From Chlamydiota bacterium (GTDB taxonomy: Bacteria > Auribacterota > JACPWU01): a stretch of DNA of 32,000 nt. Location: the NCBI GenBank assembly GCA_016196885.1, contig JACPWU010000002.1, positions 60,001 through 92,000 on the forward strand, read 5' to 3'. Shown here one piece after another: positions 15,912 through 23,579 of this stretch. The notes beneath the pieces were generated by a model. It was not told the origin of the DNA. It searched no databases and saw nothing but the letters and a program-made list of their open reading frames with translations. Position 1 is the stretch's first letter. Each line of letters starts with the position of its first letter. The position numbers were made by a program, and so were the translations under genes.

Positions 15912-17189
15912 ATGAACCCCTATCATGGCTTATGGCTTAAGGCTCAAGAATTAATGCCCGGCGGTGTCAACAGTCCCGTACGGGCTTTTAAGTCTGTGGG
16001 GCTTGATCCGCTGATTGTTTCCAAAGCCAAGGGTTCCAAAATTTATGATGTTCGAGGCAAGGCCTATTTGGATTTGGTCATGTCCTGGGGACCTTTGATT
16101 TTAGGGCATGCGCATCCTGAGATTTTGAAAGCAGTAAAAGAGGCTTTGGAGGAGGGGTCTAGCTTTGGTGCCTTGTCTCATCGCGAAATTCTCTTGGCTG
16201 AGGCGATTTGTAACGCGCTGCCTTCCCTTGAAAAAATCCGTTTTGTCAGTTCGGGAACAGAAGCGGCCATGACAGCCATTCGTTTGGCGCGGGCTTTTAC
16301 TGGAAGGGATAAAATGATCAAGTTCGAAGGTTGCTATCACGGCCATTCCGATTTTCTTTTGGCCAAGGCGGGCTCTGGCCTTGCGACTTACAGTCTCGCA
16401 GGAAGCGCGGGGATTCCTAAAGAGGTTTTGAAATCTACGCTTGTTCTGCCATTCAATGATTGGGTGGCTCTTGAAAAAACAATGAATCGCTTCGGTCGTG
16501 AAATCGCCTGTATTTTGGTAGAACCCATTCCCGCCAACATGGGCTTGGTGTTTCCCGAAAAGGATATGCTTAAGACCTTAAGAAAAATGTGTACGCAAAA
16601 AGGAATCCTTTTAATCTTTGACGAAGTGATCACAGGTTTTCGAGTCGGATACGGAGGCGCACAAGAGCTTTATCACGTTCAACCTGATTTAACTATTTTA
16701 GGGAAAATCATTGGCGGCGGATTTCCCGTGGGTGCTGTCGGTGGGCGTAAAGAAATCATGGATCAATTGGCACCTTTGGGACCCGTGTATCAAGCAGGAA
16801 CCCTTTCTGGAAATCCGGTGGCCATGGCTGCGGGATTAAAAACTTTGGAAATTCTGAAGAGAAAAGGCGCTTATGAAAAACTTGAAAAGCTGGGCGCAAC
16901 TCTTGCTGGTGGTCTCGAAGAAATATTAAAGAAGAAAAAAATTTCCTTTCAGCTCCATCGCATCGGCTCCATGATGACTCTCTTTTTTAATGATCGGCCG
17001 ATTGAGAATTATCAGGATGTATTACAATGTAATACAGAAAAATTTAATCAATTCTTTAGAGAGATGTTTCGAAAAAGAATTTTCCTTCCTCCCTCTGCCT
17101 TTGAAACCTGGTTTTTGAGCTTGAGCCACTCTGCTCAAGACATCGAGAGCTTCTTAAAGGCAGCTGACCAGACGTTCAAGGCTTATTAA
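15912..17189 (+). CDS. hemL: glutamate-1-semialdehyde 2,1-aminomutase
   Basis: N-terminus ...MPGGVNSPVRAF, PLP-lysine region LGKIIGGGFPVGA, 425 aa. Confidence 0.95.
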   Translation: MNPYHGLWLKAQELMPGGVNSPVRAFKSVGLDPLIVSKAKGSKIYDVRGKAYLDLVMSWGPLILGHAHPEILKAVKEALEEGSSFGALSHREILLAEAICNALPSLEKIRFVSSGTEAAMTAIRLARAFTGRDKMIKFEGCYHGHSDFLLAKAGSGLATYSLAGSAGIPKEVLKSTLVLPFNDWVALEKTMNRFGREIACILVEPIPANMGLVFPEKDMLKTLRKMCTQKGILLIFDEVITGFRVGYGGAQELYHVQPDLTILGKIIGGGFPVGAVGGRKEIMDQLAPLGPVYQAGTLSGNPVAMAAGLKTLEILKRKGAYEKLEKLGATLAGGLEEILKKKKISFQLHRIGSMMTLFFNDRPIENYQDVLQCNTEKFNQFFREMFRKRIFLPPSAFETWFLSLSHSAQDIESFLKAADQTFKAY

Positions 17190-17245
17190 GAGCTCTTTTC
17201 CAACCCATTGTACAAGAAGGAGTAAGATTTTGTTCATTTTTGTTT

Positions 17246-17278
17246 AACTTAACTCATTCTTTAGCAAGGAGTTAAGTT
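17246..17278 (+). other. perfect 10-bp hairpin downstream of hemL (possible terminator; no T-run)
   Basis: AACTTAACTC (17246-17255) / GAGTTAAGTT (17269-17278) with a 13-nt loop. Confidence 0.3.
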
Positions 17279-17360
17279 CTGAAATATTAAATTATTCTTT
17301 TAATCTTTCTGAAATGAACAGTGTCTATATATATGGGTGGGGAGATAGGACGAGGAAGCC

Positions 17361-17504
17361 ATGTCAACGAGAGAGTATATTTTGAATCAAGTGGAGCTGA
17401 TCAAGAGAGATTGTGCAAAGTTGAAGATTACGCCAGAAGAATGGGTTTCAAGATTTGCCAAGAAGTACCATGATGAACATGCTTTGCAGGTGGTTGTGGC
17501 TTAA
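17361..17504 (+). CDS. hypothetical small protein (47 aa)
   Basis: ATG 17361 is preceded by GAGGAAG and encodes MSTREYILNQVELIKRDCAKLKITPEEWVSRFAKKYHDEHALQVVVA. I recognise no homology, and the ORF lies in an AT-rich unassigned region. Confidence 0.2.
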   Translation: MSTREYILNQVELIKRDCAKLKITPEEWVSRFAKKYHDEHALQVVVA

Positions 17505-17784
17505 TATCAAATCAGACTTTCTGCCCAATTTAACCTTACCTAGAGATCCAGGACTTTCTTCAGAACTCAGTTCATCCCAGTTAAACTCAGATTTTGCAAT
17601 AGACGCGTGGACTCAAGAGCAAGAGCTTGAGCCAGACAGGCCTTTGCAGTCCCTGTGGGATTGGCCTGAAGAAAACAAACAAATCAGGCAAACTTGTGCC
17701 AGTGGCACAAGGCAAACTGACGCGTTAGTAAATGAGTTCCTCTTTATAGCATGCAAAAATTTGCCTGTCGAGTATTTCTGAAGG

Positions 17785-18618
17785 TCAAGTGCCTTCGCAT
17801 ACGGTAACGCCGGCTGCTTTGAGAGCTTCTATCTTAGAAACTGCTGTTCCTGAACCTCCTGAAACAATAGCTCCGGCATGGCCCATTCTTTTGCCGGAGG
17901 GGGCGGTTGTGCCGCTGATAAAGGCGACCACGGGTTTAGTGAATTTTTCCCGAATGTATTCAGCGGCAATTTCTTCTTGGCTTCCTCCAATTTCTCCGAT
18001 GAGAATGACCGCTTCTGTTTGAGGATCTTTTTCGAAGAGTTCGAGAAGTTCAATGTAGCCGGTTCCAATAATAGGATCACCGCCAATTCCAATACAAGTA
18101 GATTGGCCCAAGCCTAAAGAGGTCAATTGCCAAACGGCTTCGTAAGTCAATGTTCCACTTCTTGAAATAACACCGATAGAGCCGGGTTTATGAATGTAGC
18201 CGGGCATAATGCCTATTTTACATTCACCCGGGGTGATAATGCCTGGGCAATTGGGCCCGATCAATGTAGTGTCTGTTCCCTGTAAAACCCTTTTGACTTT
18301 GGCCATGTCGAGCGTAGGGATCCCTTCAGTAATACAGGCAATCAGTTTGATGCCAGCCGCATGGGCTTCTAAAATGGCATCCGCGGCAAAAGGGGCTGGA
18401 ACATAAATCACAGACGCATTGGCCTGGGTTTTCTGAACAGCTTCCTGAACCGTGTCAAAAATGGGAATCTTTTCGAAATTTGTTCCGCCTTTGCCAGGGG
18501 TAACACCTGCTACCATTTTTGTCCCGTATTCCACCATTTGACGGGTATGGAAAGAGCCGGCTGAACCGGTGATGCCTTGGCAAATGACGCGGGTATTTTT
18601 GTCGACCAGAATAGACAT
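17785..18618 (-). CDS. sucD: succinyl-CoA ligase [ADP-forming] alpha subunit
   Basis: Motifs [20 protein letters not shown] and [10 protein letters not shown] (phosphohistidine loop). At 277 aa it ends about 20 codons earlier than typical homologues (see findings). Confidence 0.95.
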   Translation of the reverse strand: MSILVDKNTRVICQGITGSAGSFHTRQMVEYGTKMVAGVTPGKGGTNFEKIPIFDTVQEAVQKTQANASVIYVPAPFAADAILEAHAAGIKLIACITEGIPTLDMAKVKRVLQGTDTTLIGPNCPGIITPGECKIGIMPGYIHKPGSIGVISRSGTLTYEAVWQLTSLGLGQSTCIGIGGDPIIGTGYIELLELFEKDPQTEAVILIGEIGGSQEEIAAEYIREKFTKPVVAFISGTTAPSGKRMGHAGAIVSGGSGTAVSKIEALKAAGVTVCEGT

Positions 18619-18635
18619 AATAGACTCTTTCTCTT

Positions 18636-18747
18636 AAAATTCGAAATACGAAACACAGAGTAAAAGCAGGCACGAAATACCAAGCACTAATTTTGAATTT
18701 GGGTATTAGAATTTGTTTCGAATTTTGTGCTTCGTTCTTCGAATTTT
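18636..18747. repeat. word hairpin WH5 (CTTCGNN / NNCGAAA heptamers), fills the sucC-sucD spacer
   Basis: AAAATTCGAAATACGAAACAC (18636-18656) pairs with GTGCTTCGTTCTTCGAATTTT (18727-18747) with 2 mismatches in 21. The interior has additional imperfect complementarity. Confidence 0.8.
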
Positions 18748-18752
18748 ATTCG

Positions 18753-19910
18753 TCATACCCTCTTCACGATTTCCTCTGCTGCTTGTGCCATGGTCTCAGC
18801 CGTTACAATCGGTAATCCTGATTCTTTTAATATTTTTCGTCCGGCCTCTACATTCGTTCCTTCGAGACGCACAACCAGGGGAATCTGGATTTTGACACCC
18901 CGAGCCGCCTCTACAATGCCGTTCGCAATCACATCGCATTTCATGATGCCGCCAAAAATGTTGACTAGGATTCCTTTCACTTCTGTGTGGGCTAATAAAA
19001 TTTTAAAAGCAGCCGTGACCATTTCGGTTGAAGCCCCACCTCCCACATCCAGAAAATTGGCAGGGGATCCACCGTGGAACTTAATAATATCCATCGTGGC
19101 CATGGCAAGACCCGCACCATTGACCATGCAGCCGATGTTTCCGTCTAGGCTGATGTAATTCAAGTTGTGTTCACCTGCTTGTACCTCGAGAGGATCTTCC
19201 TGGGTGATATCTCTAAAATTTTTGATATCGGCATGACGAAAAAGGGCGTTGTCGTCAAAATTGATTTTGGCATCGAGGGCCAAGACTTTCCCGTCTTGAG
19301 AAAGGACAAAGGGATTGATTTCCACCAGAGAGCAGTCTTTTTCAAGAAAAAGGCGACCGAGGGCAAGAAGGATTTGAGAGACTTCATTTGCCCATTTTTC
19401 TTTGAAACCGAGGGCATAGGCCACGAGTCGAGCCTGATAAGGTTGAAGTCCCATCACAGGATCCATCCATAATTTACAAATTTTTTCAGGTGTTTTTTTT
19501 GCGACTTCTTCGATTTCAACACCCCCTTCTATAGATGCGAGAATCACGGGCGCATTTTTTTGGCGGTCGAGTGCGATGCCAATGTAGTATTCATGGGCAA
19601 TGTCTGTACTTACCTCCACCCACACCTTTTCAACGGGAATGCCCTCAGGACCCGTTTGATGGGTGACGAGTCTCTTGCCCAAAATGGTTTCAGCAGCCTT
19701 TTGGGCATGAGCGGGAGAGGTTACGATTTTGACGCCGCCCGCCTTCCCTCGCCCCCCCGCATGAATCTGGGCCTTCACTGCCCATTTTTTGGCAGAGATA
19801 CCTTTCGCAATTTCAAAGGCGTCTTTAGGGGAAAAGGCAATTTTCCCTTCTACCACAGGAATTCCGTATTGTTTGAGCAATGCCTTCGCTTGATATTCGT
19901 GAATTTTCAT
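18753..19910 (-). CDS. sucC: succinyl-CoA ligase [ADP-forming] beta subunit
   Basis: MKIHEYQAKALLKQYGIPV N-terminus and an ATP-grasp region. 385 aa, with a canonical end at TGA. Confidence 0.95.
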   Translation of the reverse strand: MKIHEYQAKALLKQYGIPVVEGKIAFSPKDAFEIAKGISAKKWAVKAQIHAGGRGKAGGVKIVTSPAHAQKAAETILGKRLVTHQTGPEGIPVEKVWVEVSTDIAHEYYIGIALDRQKNAPVILASIEGGVEIEEVAKKTPEKICKLWMDPVMGLQPYQARLVAYALGFKEKWANEVSQILLALGRLFLEKDCSLVEINPFVLSQDGKVLALDAKINFDDNALFRHADIKNFRDITQEDPLEVQAGEHNLNYISLDGNIGCMVNGAGLAMATMDIIKFHGGSPANFLDVGGGASTEMVTAAFKILLAHTEVKGILVNIFGGIMKCDVIANGIVEAARGVKIQIPLVVRLEGTNVEAGRKILKESGLPIVTAETMAQAAEEIVKRV

Positions 19911-19922
19911 ATTGTGAGCGCT

Positions 19923-19951
19923 AATTTACCTGAAAAGGTTTGGATTTGCAA
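19923..19951 (-). promoter_or_regulatory. candidate sucCD promoter (TTGCAA-17-TAAATT) only 12 nt from the ATG
   Basis: On the minus strand TTGCAA is at 19951-19946 and TAAATT at 19928-19923. No Shine-Dalgarno lies between the -10 box and ATG 19910. Confidence 0.4.
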
Positions 19952-19983
19952 ATGTTGAGTGAGGAGTGCTTTAGACGGATATT

Positions 19984-20067
19984 CTATTTAAAAAGGTCTG
20001 AGTGCGTTCCCGTTCTTTCAAAGATAATTTGGTTTTCAGTTTGTCGTGTGTAGACAGGAATTAACAT
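19984..20067 (-). pseudogene. RelE/YafQ-family toxin remnant (27-codon mini-ORF)
   Basis: ATG at 20067-20065 overlaps the dinJ-like stop (TGATG). It encodes MLIPVYTRQTENQIIFERTGTHSDLFK*. The tail ...IIFERTGTHSDLF is the characteristic C-terminal strand of RelE/YafQ toxins. About 60 N-terminal codons are missing. Confidence 0.5.
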
Positions 20068-20327
20068 CAGATGCCCAATCGTTTGAACATATCATTTGTA
20101 TCACGACAGACAATTAAATCTCTCTTTGCATCTGTGTTTGTAAAAGTTTTGAGCGTATTCCTGTTGGGAATACTGACATCGAAGGGAAGTCCTCTTCTGA
20201 GGGTGATTTGTTTGTAAAATATTGTGACGGCTTGGGAGACTGAAAGTCCAAGCCGGTGCAGTAATCCTTCTGCCTCATTCTTAAGATGAGGCTCTATTCG
20301 CGCATGAATCGTAGCCGTTTTATTCAT
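20067..20327 (-). CDS. RelB/DinJ-family type II antitoxin
   Basis: MNKTATIHARIEPHLKNEAEGLLHRLGLSVSQAVTIFYKQITLRRGLPFDV follows the DinJ pattern. The RBS AAGGAG lies 8 nt upstream of ATG 20327. The longer track ORF start at 20441 is rejected. Confidence 0.8.
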   Translation of the reverse strand: MNKTATIHARIEPHLKNEAEGLLHRLGLSVSQAVTIFYKQITLRRGLPFDVSIPNRNTLKTFTNTDAKRDLIVCRDTNDMFKRLGI

Positions 20328-20428
20328 AGCATATCTCCTTGTTTGCCTTAGGGGAGATGTAGCACAACCAGTACACATATGCAAGTGTTTTTGTGCTTTT
20401 CCATTGTTGAGACAGGAACCCGAGAATT

Positions 20429-21562
20429 TTATCCTCCCCACATGCGTCGAAAGAATCCGGCTTTTTTCACTTCCTCTTTTGCTTCTATATTGACACGGGC
20501 CAGGGTTTCTTCATCCAGGGTCGCAATATATTGGGCAATGATTTGGCCTTGGGTGATGGGGGCTTCGAGTGAAGGGGGGATGAAAATGGAAAGTTTGACT
20601 TGGGAGGCCTTGTCTTTGGGGACCATGAAGAAAAGATTGTCACTTGCGATACCCTGATCAGAAGAAGGTTTGCCATGATGAATCGGAATGTCGAATACTT
20701 GGCCTTTACAGGGAACAACCACATTGGTGAAGCGGTTGAAGCCATCATTCAGAAGTTGTCTCGTATATTCGGAACGTTCTTTGTTGGTGAGGGCTCCCAA
20801 GAGAACAGAAATCAATCTCATGTTTCCCTGTTTGGCTACACCCACCAAGCAATAGAGGGCCTCGTCGGTATAACCTGTTTTAAGTCCGAGCATGCCAGGA
20901 TATTTTCCAATCAATTTATTCGTGTTGATGAAACGGTATTTTCCCTGCCGAATAAAGATTTGTTTTTGCGATGAATATTGAAAAACTTCTGGGTAATCTC
21001 TCCATATGGCCAATGTCAGGCGTACCAGATCACAGGCTGTTGTCGTATCTTTGGGGGTATCTAGAGCTGGGGGAAGTCCATGGGGGCTTCTGAAAACCGT
21101 TTGTTTGAGACCTAAGGTCTTGGCTTTTTCATTCATGAGCTGGACAAAATTTTCCTGAGAGCCAGAGATCATTTCGGCCAGGGCAGCCGCTGCGTCATTG
21201 GCGCTTCCGACAGCGGTTGCTTTCACAAGGTCACGGGCAGAAATTTTTTCACCCTGCCACATTTTGGCTTCGGATCCGCGAATGGCTGCAATTCTGAGCG
21301 GAACGGTGTAAAGGCTGTCCCAGTGAATTTTGCCCTGATGGACGGCTTCGAAGGTGAGGTAAAGGGTCATGATTTTGGTGAGGCTAGCCGGGGCATGCGG
21401 CGCGTCTTTATTTTTTTGGGTTAGAATGTCGCCTGTGTCTGCATTTACGACCAGATAGGAACTGACAGGAATGTCTGTGCCTTTAGGTTTTAACTCTTTT
21501 GCTTGCAAGGAAAAGGGAATGATGCTCAGTAAAAAAAAGATCGAAAGTGTTTGTTTTTTCAT
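20429..21562 (-). CDS. dacA: D-alanyl-D-alanine carboxypeptidase (PBP5/6-like, peptidase S11) with signal peptide
   Basis: SxxK (ASLTKIM), SxN (GSANDAA), KTG (LKTGYT), and a C-terminal PBP5_C-like beta domain. Confidence 0.9.
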   Translation of the reverse strand: MKKQTLSIFFLLSIIPFSLQAKELKPKGTDIPVSSYLVVNADTGDILTQKNKDAPHAPASLTKIMTLYLTFEAVHQGKIHWDSLYTVPLRIAAIRGSEAKMWQGEKISARDLVKATAVGSANDAAAALAEMISGSQENFVQLMNEKAKTLGLKQTVFRSPHGLPPALDTPKDTTTACDLVRLTLAIWRDYPEVFQYSSQKQIFIRQGKYRFINTNKLIGKYPGMLGLKTGYTDEALYCLVGVAKQGNMRLISVLLGALTNKERSEYTRQLLNDGFNRFTNVVVPCKGQVFDIPIHHGKPSSDQGIASDNLFFMVPKDKASQVKLSIFIPPSLEAPITQGQIIAQYIATLDEETLARVNIEAKEEVKKAGFFRRMWGG

Positions 21563-21643
21563 AAATGCACAGTCCTATTTTTGAGGACAGATTCTAACAT
21601 TTCTTAAAAAAAAGGAAATGATTTTGGGTTTATTTTTTTTATA

Positions 21644-21781
21644 GGCATATGCACTTGACTTAAAGATGTCGTCCATTTGTAGTCGCCCCATTTATGGGGC
21701 CGTGCCCCTTGCATGGATTGCCCGATAAATCGGGCGACTACGCTTGACGGATCAAGAATACTTGAGCCAAGTGCATATGCC
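21644..21781 (+). repeat. nested palindromic structured element, copy 2
   Basis: Perfect 14-bp terminal inverted repeat GGCATATGCACTTG / CAAGTGCATATGCC. The 42-nt core GGATTGCCCGATAAATCGGGCGACTACGCTTGACGGATCAAG is identical to copy 1, in the same orientation. Confidence 0.85.
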
Positions 21782-21808
21782 TTTTTTTTATTTTTTAAGG
21801 GGTTCATA

Positions 21809-21817
21809 TGATATAAT
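21809..21817 (+). promoter_or_regulatory. extended -10 box TGaTATAAT, 6 nt upstream of ATG 21824
   Basis: Read directly. No SD lies between the box and the ATG, which implies a leaderless or very short-leader mRNA. Confidence 0.35.
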
Positions 21818-21823
21818 GAAAGA

Positions 21824-22219
21824 ATGAGAATGAAGCTGGTTCCTGTTTTGATTCTCGTAGTGGCGTTAATAGGCTCTTGTAGTCTTTTCTCGGGCCGCTG
21901 TTGTGCTGCCCAACAAGAGAAGGGCAATCATCACTCCTGTCATTCTTCTCCTGGTTCTGAATCTTCTGGAAAATCTAATTTGAGCCCTTGTTGCTGTACC
22001 CTTTTTTCTGATCTTCCCAAAATTCCAGAACAAATATTAAGCTCTTTTCATTCAGGGTTTCTTTCCTTTTTTCAAGGAGAAGTTTTGGTTGAGAGCTTCC
22101 AAGGTTTTAAGAATATTTTCTGGGATTCTTTTTCAGATCCTCCACCCTGGGGTGATCTTCATTTCTACGATCTTGTTTTTTCCTCTCAAGCGCCTCCACA
22201 AGCAGCGTTCAGCGTATAG
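21824..22219 (+). CDS. Cys/His-rich small exported protein (lipobox-like LIGSC), paralogue of 28652..29047
   Basis: Signal-like N-terminus, then CC...NHHSCH...CCC, and a Phe/Ser-rich C-terminal half ending ...APP... The order of motifs matches the ORF at 28652. Confidence 0.55.
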   Translation: MRMKLVPVLILVVALIGSCSLFSGRCCAAQQEKGNHHSCHSSPGSESSGKSNLSPCCCTLFSDLPKIPEQILSSFHSGFLSFFQGEVLVESFQGFKNIFWDSFSDPPPWGDLHFYDLVFSSQAPPQAAFSV

Positions 22220-22286
22220 CGTACAGCGGACAGTAAGAAGGGGTACTTGTTTTTCCTGTCCGCTGAACGCTGTACGCTGTGCGCTG
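22203..22286. repeat. word hairpin WH6 (heptamer CAGCGTN)
   Basis: The left arm is CAGCGTTCAGCGTATAGCGTACAGCGGACAG and the right arm CTGTCCGCTGAACGCTGTACGCTGTGCGCTG. The core 10-bp stem is perfect, and TTCTTTTT follows. The left arm contains the stop codon of the upstream ORF. Confidence 0.85.
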
Positions 22287-22313
22287 TGAGTTCTTTTTAT
22301 GGAGGTATTCTCA

Positions 22314-23579
22314 ATGAAATTTATATTCGTCGTTTTTTTATCATCTCTCTATTTTTCATGCGCCTTTGCCGAAGAGAGAGAGAGGCTTTCTTTACCCGCT
22401 CTTATCGAGGAAGTTCTTCAAAAGAATCCTGACTTGAAGATGGCCGAGAAAAAATGGGAGGCTGCCCATGCCCAAATTCTTCAGGCGGGTGTTCTGGAAG
22501 ATCCGATGTTGGGAGTCGAAGTTGAAGGAATTCCCACCGATACGGTAGATGTGGGACGTTACAACGATATTGAATGGAGTTTCTCCCAGAATTTTCCTTT
22601 TCCTGGGAAGCTTTCACTCAAGAAAAAAATTGCTTGGGAAGAAGCAGAGAAGGCGCATCTTGAATATTTTGAAAAGAAAAATCAAATTGTTGCCGATGTC
22701 AAAATGGCATATGTGGATTATGATTTGATGTTTAGAACGATTCAAATCTTGGAAGACGATGAGCGGATTTTGAGTCAATTTGAAGAGAGTGCCCGAAGTA
22801 AGTATGAAGTAGGCAAAGTCTCTCAACAGGATGTTCTCAAGGCACAGGTTGAGTGGACGAAGATTAAAAATCAAATTCTGATTAAGAATCAAGAAAAAGA
22901 GACCTTGGCTGCAAGAATCAATATGTTACTCTCCCAGTCGCCTGGAGAATTATTGGGAGATCCGGAACCTTTGTCTGAAGAGACTTCAGAGTTGGATCTG
23001 GATTCACTCCTTTCAAGCGCCTTGGAGGGTCGTCCAGAACTGAAGATGAAAGAAGCTGAAATAAAAGGGATGGAATGGGCGCTTCGGTTGGCCCGGCGGC
23101 AGTATGAACCTGATTTTTTTACAAAACTTGAGAGCCGACAATTTCAAGGAGCAGGATTGGAAGAGTATGACGTCATGCTTGGGATGAGCATTCCGTGGCT
23201 GTGGACGCGTTCTCGCGTGGAGGGTGCAGTCCAAGAGGCCCGGGCCAATTTAGAGGCTGCACGAAATGAATACGAAGCAAAAAAATGGGCGATTTTATTT
23301 GAGGTTAAAGAATCGTGGGTGAAGGTTCATACCTCTGTCAGTCTGGTTAATCTTTATCGGTCCAATATTCTTCCGAAGGCGGATCAAATGATCAAAGTTT
23401 CTCAAATAAATTACGAGACGGATAAAATTGATTTTTTAATGCTTTTGGACAGCCTTAGAACTTTGGTGGCATTTCAATTGGAATATCGAGAGGCGATTGC
23501 GGATTATCATAAAAATTCTGCGCAGTTGGAGAGGAGAGTGGGAAAGCAGAATACAGAATTCAGAATTCAGAATAAATAA
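22314..23579 (+). CDS. cusC: TolC-family outer membrane efflux protein (CusC-like)
   Basis: Signal peptide MKFIFVVFLSSLYFSCAFA and two-repeat OEP architecture. GGAGG lies 8 nt upstream of ATG 22314, so that start is preferred over 22299. The gene is first of a C-B-A order. Confidence 0.85.
   Translation: MKFIFVVFLSSLYFSCAFAEERERLSLPALIEEVLQKNPDLKMAEKKWEAAHAQILQAGVLEDPMLGVEVEGIPTDTVDVGRYNDIEWSFSQNFPFPGKLSLKKKIAWEEAEKAHLEYFEKKNQIVADVKMAYVDYDLMFRTIQILEDDERILSQFEESARSKYEVGKVSQQDVLKAQVEWTKIKNQILIKNQEKETLAARINMLLSQSPGELLGDPEPLSEETSELDLDSLLSSALEGRPELKMKEAEIKGMEWALRLARRQYEPDFFTKLESRQFQGAGLEEYDVMLGMSIPWLWTRSRVEGAVQEARANLEAARNEYEAKKWAILFEVKESWVKVHTSVSLVNLYRSNILPKADQMIKVSQINYETDKIDFLMLLDSLRTLVAFQLEYREAIADYHKNSAQLERRVGKQNTEFRIQNK

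Noticed and set aside
17687-17701. Sigma54-type promoter on the minus strand (TGGCACaagtTTGCC).
   Set aside because: The GG-to-GC spacing is one nucleotide short of the -24/-12 consensus. No minus-strand gene lies downstream, and no enhancer-binding protein gene is nearby.
17696-17740. A third, partial copy of the terminal-box element: GTGCCAGTGGCAC...GTTAGTAAATG resembles 5873-5915, CTGCCAGTGGCAG...GGTAGTAAATG.
   Set aside because: Only two ~12-nt blocks match, and the sequence between them does not. Neither terminal box is present. The second block coincides with the ancestral stop region of sucD, so chance similarity is likely. Single 11-mer matches are expected many times in 32 kb.
17455-17781. 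The 108-aa plus-strand ORF as a real gene.
   Set aside because: It has no RBS, a low-complexity Ser/Leu/Glu-rich composition, and no recognisable motif. Its 3' part is antisense to the conserved SucD-like tail, and it overlaps the small ORF at 17361-17504 in another frame.
21604-21927. Minus-strand ORFs translating repeat DNA (21604..21927 across the palindromic element; 24897..25337 giving DVRCSRYDVRCTKY across WH8).
   Set aside because: Their only distinctive peptides come from the repeats themselves. They overlap or oppose well-supported genes and lack start-site signals.
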